A DNA stretch of 62,203 nucleotides, the filler included, from Sanchytrium tribonematis (lineage: Eukaryota), in the NCBI GenBank assembly GCA_018985235.1. It is 9 parts of 9 records of this genome, joined end to end, with 100 filler letters (N's around TTAATTAATTAA, not from the genome) between each part and the next. Parts side by side here need not be neighbours in the genome. Positions count along the whole stretch, not along the records: positions 9,357 to 13,934 come from JADGIG010000704.1; positions 14,035 to 18,603 come from JADGIG010000705.1; positions 18,704 to 23,252 come from JADGIG010000706.1; 6 more parts are not named here. The stretch is one strand, 5' to 3'. A program made the translations under genes and the position numbers. The notes under the pieces were generated by a model. That model ran no database searches and had not been told where the DNA came from. It saw only the letters and a program-made list of their open reading frames with translations. Shown in pieces: positions 10,614 to 21,580 of the stretch; the stretch's first letter is position 1; each line of letters begins with the position of its first letter.

Positions 10614-10685
10614 GCCTAATAAACATTTATGGTGATGTAATGGTCTGAAAAATCATGTAAAGTAGTTCAAGTCTACTATTAGGCA
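10614..10685 (+). tRNA. trnF: mt tRNA-Phe (GAA)
   Basis: GCCTAAT/ATTAGGC acceptor; ATGGT-CT-GAA-AA-ATCAT arm; GTTCAA T loop. Confidence 0.9.
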
Positions 10686-10702
10686 TATATATATATATAA
10701 TA

Positions 10703-10774
10703 GTACTCATAGTATAATGGTTAGTACATTGGCTTTTCATGCCAAGAATCTGGGATCATTCCCCAGTGAGTATA
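10703..10774 (+). tRNA. trnE: mt tRNA-Glu (UUC)
   Basis: TTGGC-TT-TTC-AT-GCCAA arm; CTGGG/CCCAG T stem; paired acceptor. Confidence 0.9.
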
Positions 10775-10820
10775 ATAATAAAGTAAGTGAGTATATATAG
10801 TATATATAGTATATATAAAA

Positions 10821-10902
10821 GCCTGCATGATGAAATGGTAAACATATATAACTTAAAATTATATGAGCACTGCTCTTGTGGGTTCAAGTCCTACTGCAGG
10901 TA
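10821..10902 (+). tRNA. trnL: mt tRNA-Leu (UAA)
   Basis: GCCTGCA/TGCAGGT acceptor; TATAA-CT-TAA-AA-TTATA arm; long variable arm GAGC/GCTC. Confidence 0.93.
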
Positions 10903-10933
10903 TATTAAATAAAGAAAAATAAAAAAGTAATTA

Positions 10934-11437
10934 ATGATAAATTTGTTCTTAGTACTAATTATATTGTCTTCTATTATTGTTGTTATAAGTAGGCAAATTG
11001 AAATCTCTGTATTTTCTCTTATTCTTACTTTTGCCTTATCTGGTGTTTTCTTTATTCTTATTGGTGTTCCTCTCTTTGGTTTCATCTACCTTATTGTCTA
11101 TACTGCTGCCATTAGTATTCTCTTCTTATTCGTTATTATGATGCTTGATATTCCCAAAAAATCAAGTAATCCTCTACCTCTTATTCTTATTTTATTAGCT
11201 TTTATACCTTTAGTTTATAGTCTTGACTTTACTACTCAATCTACTTTACAAAAAAAATCTTTGCTTTTATTTCATCATGAATGAAATATTCTCTTATTAG
11301 ATACTATGCAATCTCTTGCTTATGTCCTCTATTCTGAACAGTTAAGTCTCTTATTGATTTTAGCCATTATCTTATTAATTATTATGGTTGCCATTATTAA
11401 CTTTCTTTATTCTCATAATACTCATAATACTCCTTAA
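10934..11437 (+). CDS. nad6: NADH dehydrogenase subunit 6
   Basis: YLIVYTAAISILFLFVIMML; reads through TGA(Trp) at 11282 into SLAYVLYS and a final TM. Confidence 0.93.
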
Positions 11438-11960
11438 TTCTCCTTCCTTCTTCCTCTTCCTTCTTCCTTCTTCCTCTTCCTTCTTTCTTCTTCCTTCTTT
11501 CTTCTTTCTTCTTCCTTATCATTTCTTTTTTCTTTAATCTTTAATCCTTTTTTCTTCCTCTACAATTTTATAAGAATATAATAATATAATAATATAATAA
11601 TATAATAATATAATAATATAATAATATAATCAAGAGCTAATTATAAGAATATAAGAATATAAGAATATAAGAATATAAGAATATAATAATATAAGAATAT
11701 AATCTTATTTTATGAATAATAATGATAATGTTATAGATATTATGTTAGATATTACTTTAGAATAATAATTATGAAATAATTCTATCATTTATTCTAAAGT
11801 TAATTATTATATTAATTCATCTATTTATGCATTATAAATAATAAGATAATTATTAATGTTATATTTTATTAATTATAATTATATCGTCAATATAATAATA
11901 ATATAGATAATAATATAGATAATAATATAGATAATAATATAGATAATAAAAAGAATTAAG
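11438..11960. repeat. Polypyrimidine tract followed by (ATAAT)n, (ATAAGAA)n and (ATAGATAATAAT)n microsatellites
   Basis: Directly visible low-complexity tandem arrays. Confidence 0.85.
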
Positions 11961-11968
11961 TGGAAATT

Positions 11969-12039
11969 CTGAAGTTGATGTAATGGTAGCATTTACCTTT
12001 TGGGAAGGTACTATATAGGTTCGACTCCTATACTTTAGA
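11969..12039 (+). tRNA. trnP: mt tRNA-Pro (UGG)
   Basis: CTGAAGT/ACTTTAG acceptor; TACCT-TT-TGG-GA-AGGTA arm; ATAGG-TTCGACT-CCTAT T arm. Confidence 0.88.
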
Positions 12040-12264
12040 TACATCTTAAATTAATGATATATTCTTTTAATTATTATAAGATAGGAAGAAAAGAAAAATA
12101 GGGTATTAATTGAGACAAAAGATATATAAAATTAAAGAAAAAAGAAATGAGAAGGAAGATAAAAAGATGGTAAATAGATAAAAATAGATAAAGATGGTAA
12201 ATAGATAAAAAGATGATAAATAGATAAAGAAGGTAATAAATAAAAGAGTATATATATATAAAGA

Positions 12265-12337
12265 GAGGATATCGTCTAATAGGTAAGACACAATGTTGTC
12301 AATATTGTAGATGCAGGTTCGAGTCCTGTTATTCTCG
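12265..12337 (+). tRNA. trnD: mt tRNA-Asp (GUC)
   Basis: GAGGATA/TATTCTC acceptor; CAATG-TT-GTC-AA-TATTG arm; GGTTCGAGTCC T arm. Confidence 0.92.
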
Positions 12338-12363
12338 TGAAATAAAAAAGAAAGTAAATAAGT

Positions 12364-13854
12364 ATGTTATTAACATTAATATTAATACCCTTAGGAGGGG
12401 CATTTTTGACAATAGGATGATCAAAAAAAGAAAAAGAAGTGGCATTAATATCAAGTATATTGACATTTATATATTCATTATATATTTGACTATTATTTGA
12501 TAATAATATCTATAGTTTTCAATTCTCTTTATTTAATATATTAGCAATAGATGGAATATCATTATTTTTAATAATATTAACAACATTATTATCAGTATTA
12601 ATAATATTAAATGGGCCGTTTGAAAAAAGATATTTATTTTGAATCTTATTATCAGAAAGTATATTAATAGGAGTATTTAGTGTATTGGATGTCTTATATT
12701 TTTATATTTTATTTGAAATGGTATTAATTCCATTATATTTTATTATGAAAAGATCAATAGATATGTATCCATATAGAAAAAATAAAATTCAAAGAGCTAT
12801 CTATAAATTATTAGGTTATACTCTTTTTGGTTCTTTTTTAATGTTATTAGGTATTATATTATTATATATTCAAACTGGTAATACTCATTATCTTTATTTA
12901 ATTTCTATTGTTGATCAATTAGAAGATGGTAATAGTATATGAATAAAGACAATATGATTATGTTTTTTTATTGCTTTTGCTGTTAAAGTACCTGTTATGC
13001 CTTTTCATGTTTGACTACCTGAAGCTCATAGTGAAGCTCCAACAGGAGGATCCATGTTATTAGCCGGTATATTATTAAAATTAGGAACTTATGGTATGAT
13101 AAGATATTTAATACCCTTATTTCCCTTAACAACAATATATTTTAAACCTTTTATTCAAGTATTATTAGTTATTAGTATTCTTTATAGTGCTTTAACTATA
13201 TTAAGACAAGTTGAAATTAAAAAATTTATAGCTTATTCTTCGATTTCTCATATGAATCTTTGTTTATTAGGTCTTTTTTCACATGAATTTGACTCTATTA
13301 CTGGTTCTTATTTTATTATGATTAATCATGGTCTTATTTCAGCTGGTCTTTTCTTTTGTGCAGGTCTTCTTTTTAATCGTTATTCTTTAAGAGCTATTAA
13401 ATATTATAGAGGTCTCTTTTTCTCTATGCCTTTATTTAGTATTTTCTTTTTTATTCTTAATCTTGCTAATATTGGTTTCCCTCCTTTTGGTAGTTTTGTT
13501 TCCGAAATTCTTATCTTTTTTGGTTCTTTTAAACAATCTTTTTCTGCTTCTCTTTTCGCCAGTCTTTCTATCCTTCTTAGTGGTGCTTATGGTATCTGAT
13601 TTATTACTCGTATTCTTTATGGACGTCCTAAAGCTAATCATCTTATTTCTTCTAATACTCCTAATCTTCCTTCTGCAAAAAATATAAATCATAATATAAA
13701 TCATAATGTTCATCATCTTGCCCTCTTTACTAATGATCTTACTCGTAAAGAATTCCTTATCCTTTCTGTACTCCTTATTCTCTCTCTTCTTCTTGGTCTC
13801 TTTCCTTTTGTCCTTTTTGATAGTCTTTTCTTCTCTCTTTCCTCTCTCCTTTAA
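12364..13854 (+). CDS. nad4: NADH dehydrogenase subunit 4
   Basis: One frame with TGA=Trp: PFHVWLPEAHSEAP, LAGILLKLG, IAYSSISHM, NHGL, ANIGFPP. Confidence 0.96.
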
Positions 13855-14034
13855 TTCTCTCTCCTTTAATTCTCTCTCCTTTAATTCTCTCTCCTTTAAT
13901 TCACTCTCTCAATATAACTCCTCCCTCCCCCCCCNNNNNNNNNNNNNNNNNNNNNNNNNNNNNNNNNNNNNNNNNNNNTTAATTAATTAANNNNNNNNNN
14001 NNNNNNNNNNNNNNNNNNNNNNNNNNNNNNNNNN

Positions 14035-15076
14035 TGGCGCATATCAACTGAATTCATTGAATGTTTCAAAAAACATGATTTCAAATATGGCTTTGGTGCC
14101 AAATAACGTCAAGATTTTAGATGTATCGTATAATTTATTGACCAAAGTATTTACATTGCCAGGAAATATCACTACATTTATTGCCAATAATAATGTATTT
14201 TCTGGTAGTTGATATCTACCGTATTGTTGTCTTTAAAATCAATCAATTACTTGGATGTATCTAATAATCTATTTAATGGTCATTTCCGAATATCCCATCC
14301 ACCATCACGTATTTGGATATCTCTAATAATTCCTTTTCTGGTGATTTCCCAGTGCTTCCAATCAATTTGAAATATTTAGATGTTTCTACAAATCTATTGA
14401 GAGGGTTGCCCAATTGCCATCCACTTTGACTTATTTCAATGCGTCTCATGATTTGTTGAGTGGATCTATTGAAATACCATCCAATGTTGCCACTGTAGAT
14501 GTCAGTTTCAACGCATTTAATAGGATATTAAATGTGACTGGTGCGCCTACCTATTTAGATGCATCTAATAATCAGTTTACGTCTATTTTCGTTAAAAATG
14601 CAACTCAATTGACATTTTGTAATTTAACAAATAATCCCAAACTAGGAGGAGATTTTTCCATTGCTATTATTCCATTACAAACATCCATCATAACTGAATC
14701 ATTAGATTTATCCACAAATCAATTCATCTCAGAAATCAACTCAGAAATCAACCCATCTGCCATTTTACAAGATATCAAAATCATTAAAACGAGAATCATT
14801 TATAAAACATCCATTCCCATGGCTACACCATCCAATCTATTTCAATTTACCCCATTTACCACTCAATTAACAAATTCAAGTGTATTCACTATTTCCACAA
14901 TTCCCATCAAACCAAGTCAATTGATTCCCAACCTCTCCCAATCCTCATTCAATGCATTTGTGATTATTAAAATGGCATTCGATGTGATTTTATTAATGAT
15001 AATTATAAAGAAAGTACCCAAACATTTATTGATGAAAAAGAAAGTAGCGAGTAGTAAATTTGATACCTGGAAATAA
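14035..15076 (+). pseudogene. LRR/stalk/TM receptor-like gene, 5'-truncated, with two frameshifts (~14210, ~14285)
   Basis: LDVSxN LRR repeats switch frames with no matching GT-AG intron; TM and basic tail at the 3' end. Confidence 0.7.
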
Positions 15077-15104
15077 ATAAACTTCACTCTTAAATTATAT
15101 TTCA

Positions 15105-17523
15105 TTAAAATTTACTTACATTTGTATCATAAAATGATCTAGGTTGCTTGGTCCTTAGATTGCGCTCGTGTTTGATTAAATACGGCAATCCAGCAATCAA
15201 AATAGAATTGACAACCAATTTCACAATGGATAGAATACTAAAATTGAGAAATGCATTCAGTTTGTAGTTTGGTTTGATATATAGATTGGCCATCGTGGTT
15301 TGGACCAATTTGGTTGAAGATTGATCAATTATCGTTGAGGTTGCCTCTATCAAATTCTTTGAACTGGTGGCTTTTACAAATACTCTTCTGGTTAAAATAG
15401 ACTCTAAATAAATAAGATTTACGCTGTATTTCAAAATCATTAGAAGTTGAAGAAATCACTTGTTTCAAAAAAGAATCTGACGCATTTAGACAAATTCCCA
15501 AATCTGTCCTGTTTAAAATTGGATTCTTGGTGATATCACAATATTTTAAAGTATTTGGTGCTGCAATATATACATTTGAGATTAAATTATTGTATAAATA
15601 CAAGTATTTGTCAGAATTTAATTCCAATAATGCAATTTCACCACTAATCTGGTTAGAATTCACCTGGCCGGGCATTCCCAATAACAATTGCAACATATTG
15701 GGTGGTAGTATAGGTAAGACGGCATTGATTTTGTTGCTCTGTAAATATAATGTGACCAAACTAGACGGAAATGGACCAGTCATATTTGTAAATTGATTAA
15801 ATGACAAATCTAAAAATGACACACCCTCCGGAATCAATGGAATTGTGCCACTTAATAGATTATGACTCATAAGAACCACAGAAATGACGCCAAAACCGGG
15901 TAATTCGCCACTCAATACATTGCTTTGTACAGAAAAATAAACAGCTTTTGGTGGGATATATTTTAAACTATCAAATTGATTGTAATCAACACTATACCAA
16001 GAAGCATTTGGCGCCTCTGGTAATGTGCCATTGAATTGGTTTCCATCGAAAACGATCGTATCTGCATTTTCAAATTTCTGTTTGATTGGACCACTAAATT
16101 GATTGTATGAAACCCCTAGATAGAACAATTTCGAAAAGTTTGGGAGTGAGCCCTTGATCATATTATTTTTAATTCGAAGATAAATCAAATTGGGTGGGGA
16201 TTGGCCAATAATTTTAACAAAGTTATTATCAAACAAAGAAACAACAGTGATGCCTTTTGGCAATAAATCCAGATTTAATGTAATTAGAGGACCAAATTGA
16301 TTTAAAAAATCCCAATCAATGCGGTCAACAATCCCTTGTTTACAATTAACATTTGTCATTAGACAATTTGGCAGTGTGACATCCAGCTGCATTGATTTTG
16401 CAAATATAGCAAGTTGTTCACACCCATATTCCCTATTTGGAGTTAATTTCGACTGGCAATTCACTGGTAAAACCGAGAAATTTGAAATCGGATTATTTTC
16501 AAAATTGCAAAAATTACCAGAACCACCAACTAAACATGCAGAATCAATTATTTTTACACTTGTTATATTATTGTGAGTCGCATTCAACGCGCAATTGCTA
16601 CTATAAATGCTAATTTCACCATAAAAATGATTATTTGAAATATCCAAATTTTGAACACTTTCAGCCGACAACCAATTGGACATATTGCCCGTCAAACTGT
16701 TGTGACTGATAGTCAATTCTAATATATTGGTGACATTAGGTTTAAATAACCCACTTAGCTTGTTGTGGTCTAAATGCAAAAATTTTAAATTGGGCACCAA
16801 ATATGGAATCATTCCAGTAAGTAAATTATGGCTAGCAGAGAAATTTTTTAGACTAACGGGGAAATATGTAATATTACCACTCAACAGATTGTAGTCCAAT
16901 CGGATGGATTCTGCATTTGGAATTACTCCAATTGGACCATAAAATTGATTATGCGCAAATGACCCACTGATGAGTGTTTCTGGTAATTTATCAGTCAGTG
17001 TACCATTAAAGTGATTCATTTGACAATATAAATCAGTGGTAGTTTTCATCCTTGGTAAATCTCCGATAAATTTGTTATATGAAACATCAAGGGTTGTTCC
17101 ATAAAAATTAAAATCCAAATACCCGCTCAATTGATTCTTAGAAACAGCCAAATAATACAAACTAGATGGAATAGTGGTGTTAAGACTACCAGTTAATCTG
17201 TTACCGGTGATATCAAAATACAACAAAGGTAATTTGAAGTTCAAATGTCCCGTCAATTCATTGAAACTCAGAATCAAACTATTCAATTTGGAAGGAATGA
17301 CTAAATCTGTCACATCACCATTTAATCCCCACAATCTCCAATCAATATCCAAAACGTTTTCATTTGAACACGAGATATAGGTGATATCCCAACTTAAACA
17401 ACAATCTATTTTGATAAACGCGTACGCGTGTGGTGCTGAACGATCTAGACCTAATTTTTTGGCCATTTGGATGACGATTTGACAATCTGAAATGACTCCG
17501 AAAATAAAATGGAATAAAATCAT
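15105..17523 (-). CDS. Large LRR receptor-like membrane protein; exons 17523-15423 and 15403-15105
   Basis: Signal-like N-terminus, Cys caps, plant-type LRRs; removing the 19-nt intron joins the LRR region to stalk+TM. Confidence 0.88.
15404..15422 (-). other. 19-nt spliceosomal intron GTAAATCTTATTTATTTAG
   Basis: Removal gives EIQQSILTR and fuses the 732-aa ORF to the TM-encoding frame. Confidence 0.85.
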
Positions 17524-17819
17524 TTTTCTAAAATCAAGCCACGTTGTTTAAAAACTATTGAGATTTATAATATCTGAAATACTTGACAGGATATCTTGCA
17601 TCTATTGTCAATTACAATAAAACGAGTAGCATTGCTATTTAGCCTGATAAAAAAGAAAGTAGCGAGTAGTAAATTTGATACCTGGAAATAAATAAATTCT
17701 TTTGCAGCAAGCATATAAATTGTTTTGTAAACCACTCACAGAAATGTTGGCAAGATGTTTTATACCAATCAGATTGACTTGTTATGATGAAAACAATTTT
17801 ACTACTCTGAGAGATTCAA

Positions 17820-18095
17820 ATGATGGTCATAGCATCAATTTTTGCAGTGACTTTGATATGTGGACCAAATAATGGTAGATCCTGTGATCCAGGTTTTTAT
17901 TGCAATGCAAAAAACCAATGCGGCAAGCGAGCTTCAGATCGTCTAAGTTGTCAATTTGCATATACGCCAATGGGAATGTGCAAAGCAGATACAAGACAAA
18001 TTTTTGGATATTATCATAACGGGTTGCAGGCATTTGGTGCAACCAATGACACCTCAATACATGCTTATTTAATATTAATTCACTGCCATTTGTAA
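17820..18095 (+). CDS. Secreted hevein/CBM18-like Cys-rich protein (shorter paralog)
   Basis: CG..NG..C....YC....CG; near-identical CQFAYTPMGMCK block shared with its neighbour. Confidence 0.7.
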   Translation: MMVIASIFAVTLICGPNNGRSCDPGFYCNAKNQCGKRASDRLSCQFAYTPMGMCKADTRQIFGYYHNGLQAFGATNDTSIHAYLILIHCHL

Positions 18096-18472
18096 TGATT
18101 TTCATTTTCACTCTATTTGCAGCCATTAAAAGATCTGTTAAGAAACCATCCATTGTCACAAATTGTGGCATCCAATTTAATGGTGCCACATGTAGCACAG
18201 GGTATTACTGTAGCAATAATGGCAAATGCGGTAAATCAGCAGCATTTCGAAATAACTGTCAATTTGCGTATACGCCAATGGGAATGTGTAAAACAGATAA
18301 AAGACAAGCATATGGGGTGTATCATGATGGACTAGATCCATTAAAATGTCCTGATATGTATTCATGTTCTCAATTACAACAAGTGGGTGCAGATTGGATT
18401 GGAACTTGCAATTATGGGATTCAAAAAGGATGTATTGCTGCATTGAGTGGTGTGGGATCTTGTTTTTCATGA
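18095..18472 (+). CDS. Secreted hevein/CBM18-like Cys-rich protein
   Basis: CGIQFNGATCSTGYYCSNNGKCG, plus a second Cys-rich module. Confidence 0.75.
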   Translation: MIFIFTLFAAIKRSVKKPSIVTNCGIQFNGATCSTGYYCSNNGKCGKSAAFRNNCQFAYTPMGMCKTDKRQAYGVYHDGLDPLKCPDMYSCSQLQQVGADWIGTCNYGIQKGCIAALSGVGSCFS

Positions 18473-19511
18473 GTAAATAAGAATTTATTGACCAAACAGT
18501 TGCAATTTGCGAATTATAGAGTTTATTTAAATAAAGTAAGCGATGTGAACTCAAAATTAAGTAGTTTTTTGAAAAGCATTGACATATTTTAAAAATCCCG
18601 AGTNNNNNNNNNNNNNNNNNNNNNNNNNNNNNNNNNNNNNNNNNNNNTTAATTAATTAANNNNNNNNNNNNNNNNNNNNNNNNNNNNNNNNNNNNNNNNN
18701 NNNTGTGGTTGGCTTATAGGCTTTTCAAGATTACTGGGCGCGAATGAAAAAAAATCGTAACATCCGCTTAACCGTTTGATTGTTGAGCGATAATAAGTGA
18801 TTTATTTAATTCCGTTTTAATGCAGCTTTCTGGATGCTTTTCCTAAATAAAACAAATCGTGTTTCAACCTAAGAATTCGAGATATGCAGTCCCAATATGG
18901 GAGCTGCATTGACCCCGAAATATTGGTAATATATGAGAACCAATCACAGCCATCAGCAGGACACGTGATTGGTACAAAGGGCTTCCAAGAGAGATAAATA
19001 GCGACTCTTTCCCAAATAAACATCTTACTTCACTTTATCATTCTCACTCTGCATTACCTTTTAAAAGAACAGCAGATCAATATTGTGCTGCTAAAAGGAT
19101 ATAAACTTGTGAATTCTTTCATCAAATTTAAATACAAATTTTACGGATCCTCCAAGCACAATAGATAAAGATCCACCAGATAGACTAGACGATTTGGAAA
19201 GATACATTTCATATATATAAGATAATTTTAGAAGTACAATTGCAATGGACATGGCAAATTAAATTACGGAGTTCCATGGTATCCTTCTACCAGATTTTGA
19301 GGGTGACTGTGTGGAGCTATCTTTTGCACAATGTAATCTTAATTTTCCACCTATGTAGAAAACTCTTTTGGCAGAAATTGACTTCCATTGACTACAATTA
19401 TTTCTTTTGGAGGCCCAAATATCTGGATCCAATTGTGATTTAATGCTGTTACTCCGTCTTCGGCTTATGTAAAGGTATTGTATTAAAGAGCCTTGTACAA
19501 TCGTCTAATAT

Positions 19512-19704
19512 TGTCAACATATATGAGTTGTTAATGTATGAGGGAGAATCAATAAATTGCTTACTCATGTTCTGGATCTGCTTCTTTTTATGTAATCTAA
19601 TATATTACAAAGGATCTGAGACCAAATGTTTTTATTAGTTCTAAACAAGGGAACCGATTAAGGATCAACTGTTGGTCAAATCACTTCCCATATTGTTGTT
19701 GACA
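19512..19704. mobile_element. Solo-LTR- or MITE-like element, copy 1
   Basis: TGTCAACA...TGTTGACA termini; homologous to 19878-20109. Confidence 0.6.
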
Positions 19705-19877
19705 GCCCTCCAACTTGCATAAAACCTTGAGGGGAACAAAATCGTTTTAAAAATATAATAAATCTTATTTGTTAATCAAACTCAACAGTGATTATTAAAT
19801 GTTAATCAAACTCAACAGTAGTTAATAAGTGATGTAATGAATAGTTTCTGTTTGTTAGATTGCAGAACACGACAGTG

Positions 19878-20109
19878 TGTTAACATCATCACCCAGAGGG
19901 GATGAGTTATTTGTGTTTGAGGGAGATATAATAAAGTTTTTATTCATAGTCTGTCTTCGTTCTCTTCTGGGGATCTGCTTCTATTTATGTAATCTGAAGT
20001 ATTACAGAGGATCTGAGACCCAATAATAATTCGACTCTAAAACAAGGGGGAACCAATCAAGAATCAAGATTAGCTATGGGTCAAATCACTTCCCATATTG
20101 TTGTTGACA
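19878..20109. mobile_element. Solo-LTR- or MITE-like element, copy 2
   Basis: TGTTAACA...TGTTGACA termini; 3' end GGTCAAATCACTTCCCATATTGTTGTTGACA identical to copy 1. Confidence 0.6.
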
Positions 20110-21580
20110 CTGTCGCAAACGTCAACTAAGGGTTGCCAGTTCAACTCCATTTCGTAGACTTTATAACGAGTAGTGCAGTTGAACTTATCATATGTCAATT
20201 GAGGTTTGTTTGATTGACCTATTATGTATTTTTATTGGGTTTTATCAGGCTTATCTGCAATTTTAATTTGATTGGCTATAAGATTTATATAAAGGTTAAG
20301 GAAGTTGATTGACCTACAAATGAAAACCCACATATTTATTTACCATATCCCTACCGAAAATTCCTAAAGGCAATGCCACAGTTACATCAATTGCTTGTTC
20401 AAAATATTCGTTTTCAGCCTCACTAAAAGTCAAATCACTTTGATGCAACGCCGAATGCATTTTCAAAAAGTGATACAAAAATCATCTACGTATCCTCATT
20501 AGTAGGTCCAATTAATTCAATAAACTGATAAAAGGCATCGCTTGTGCTTAACATTGCTTACCTGTCCGCAAATGTAGGTCCTTTGAGCCTTGTAAAATCC
20601 AGATTCGTTGCTGTAAACTCATTGCTTGATAAATTTCTAGTCGTTGCATATCAACTTCTTCCAACAATTCGCGTGTTCGCAAACTACTAATAAATACATT
20701 TATGACGTTTCTCATACACTGACTACACGGAACTAATCGTTTACGTACCTCGCTACCATGTTGTAGCTGTAAGGGCTTTTCCGGCAATTCTATTAAACAA
20801 TTACAACTCTCGTAAAATGCTCCTTCAGCTTCCTCTGACCACCCTGACTCGGTGTCAGATGTCTCTTAAATAGTAATTAAACTAATACATTCATCAAATT
20901 CACTTACTTGACTTCTATCACTATCATCGTATTCAATTAAGTCCATAAAAAAGATCATATTTGTAAAGAACGTATTTATTTGAGAAAAATTTCCTTCAAT
21001 AACTAATTAAAGATTCTAGTGTCTTCTCGTAACTTTCATCTAACTCCTGACTCCTGATTGGCTGAAATGGGTCTCAGTACCCGATTACATGGTGACTGTA
21101 CCACACACAGTAGATCACATGTCTTATGACCCCAGTCGGGGTAATTTTTCTGACATTTTTCCAAGTTGATCAGCTTCTGATGATTAGAAACATCAACCAA
21201 TTTGGAAGCAGATATTACATTCTCGCTTAACAATCAAACGGTTAAGCGGATGTTACGATTTTTTTTCATTCGCGCCCAGTAATCTTGAAAAGCCTATAAG
21301 CCAACCACATTTACATTTTCAGTCGGCTGGAAGTCAGCAACATCTTCAAAACCGAAGTAGCGCGTATCTTGCATTATCCGATACCTTACCTTACCGGTGT
21401 CATCGAATGAATTTAGACCACTTTCTTGGTAAACATCAATAAATTGTTTTTTTATAATATAGTAATCTCATATCTTGAATAAAAATAGTAATTGTTCTAT
21501 TCAAGGTTAAACGTTATTCATAAATTCATTTTTTACGTAATCAAAGTTGATGGGCAAATAAATCTTTCGCATAAATCACT

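Larger units (their letters stand above)
9357..13934 (+). other. Mitochondrial DNA contig (UGA=Trp)
   Basis: nad genes with in-frame TGA at Trp positions, trnW(uca), organellar tRNAs, very high AT. Confidence 0.95.
18704..21309. repeat. 87-bp inverted repeat pair (18704-18790 / 21223-21309), one mismatch
   Basis: Direct reverse-complement comparison. Confidence 0.92.

Noticed and set aside
9855..13990. Short Ile/Tyr/Phe-rich ORFs in the mitochondrial contig
   Set aside because: Translations of microsatellites, tRNA antisense strands or alternative frames of nad4
20300..20960. Decayed minus-strand reading frame inside the inverted repeats as a possible transposase
   Set aside because: Multiple stops and no recognisable DDE or other motif
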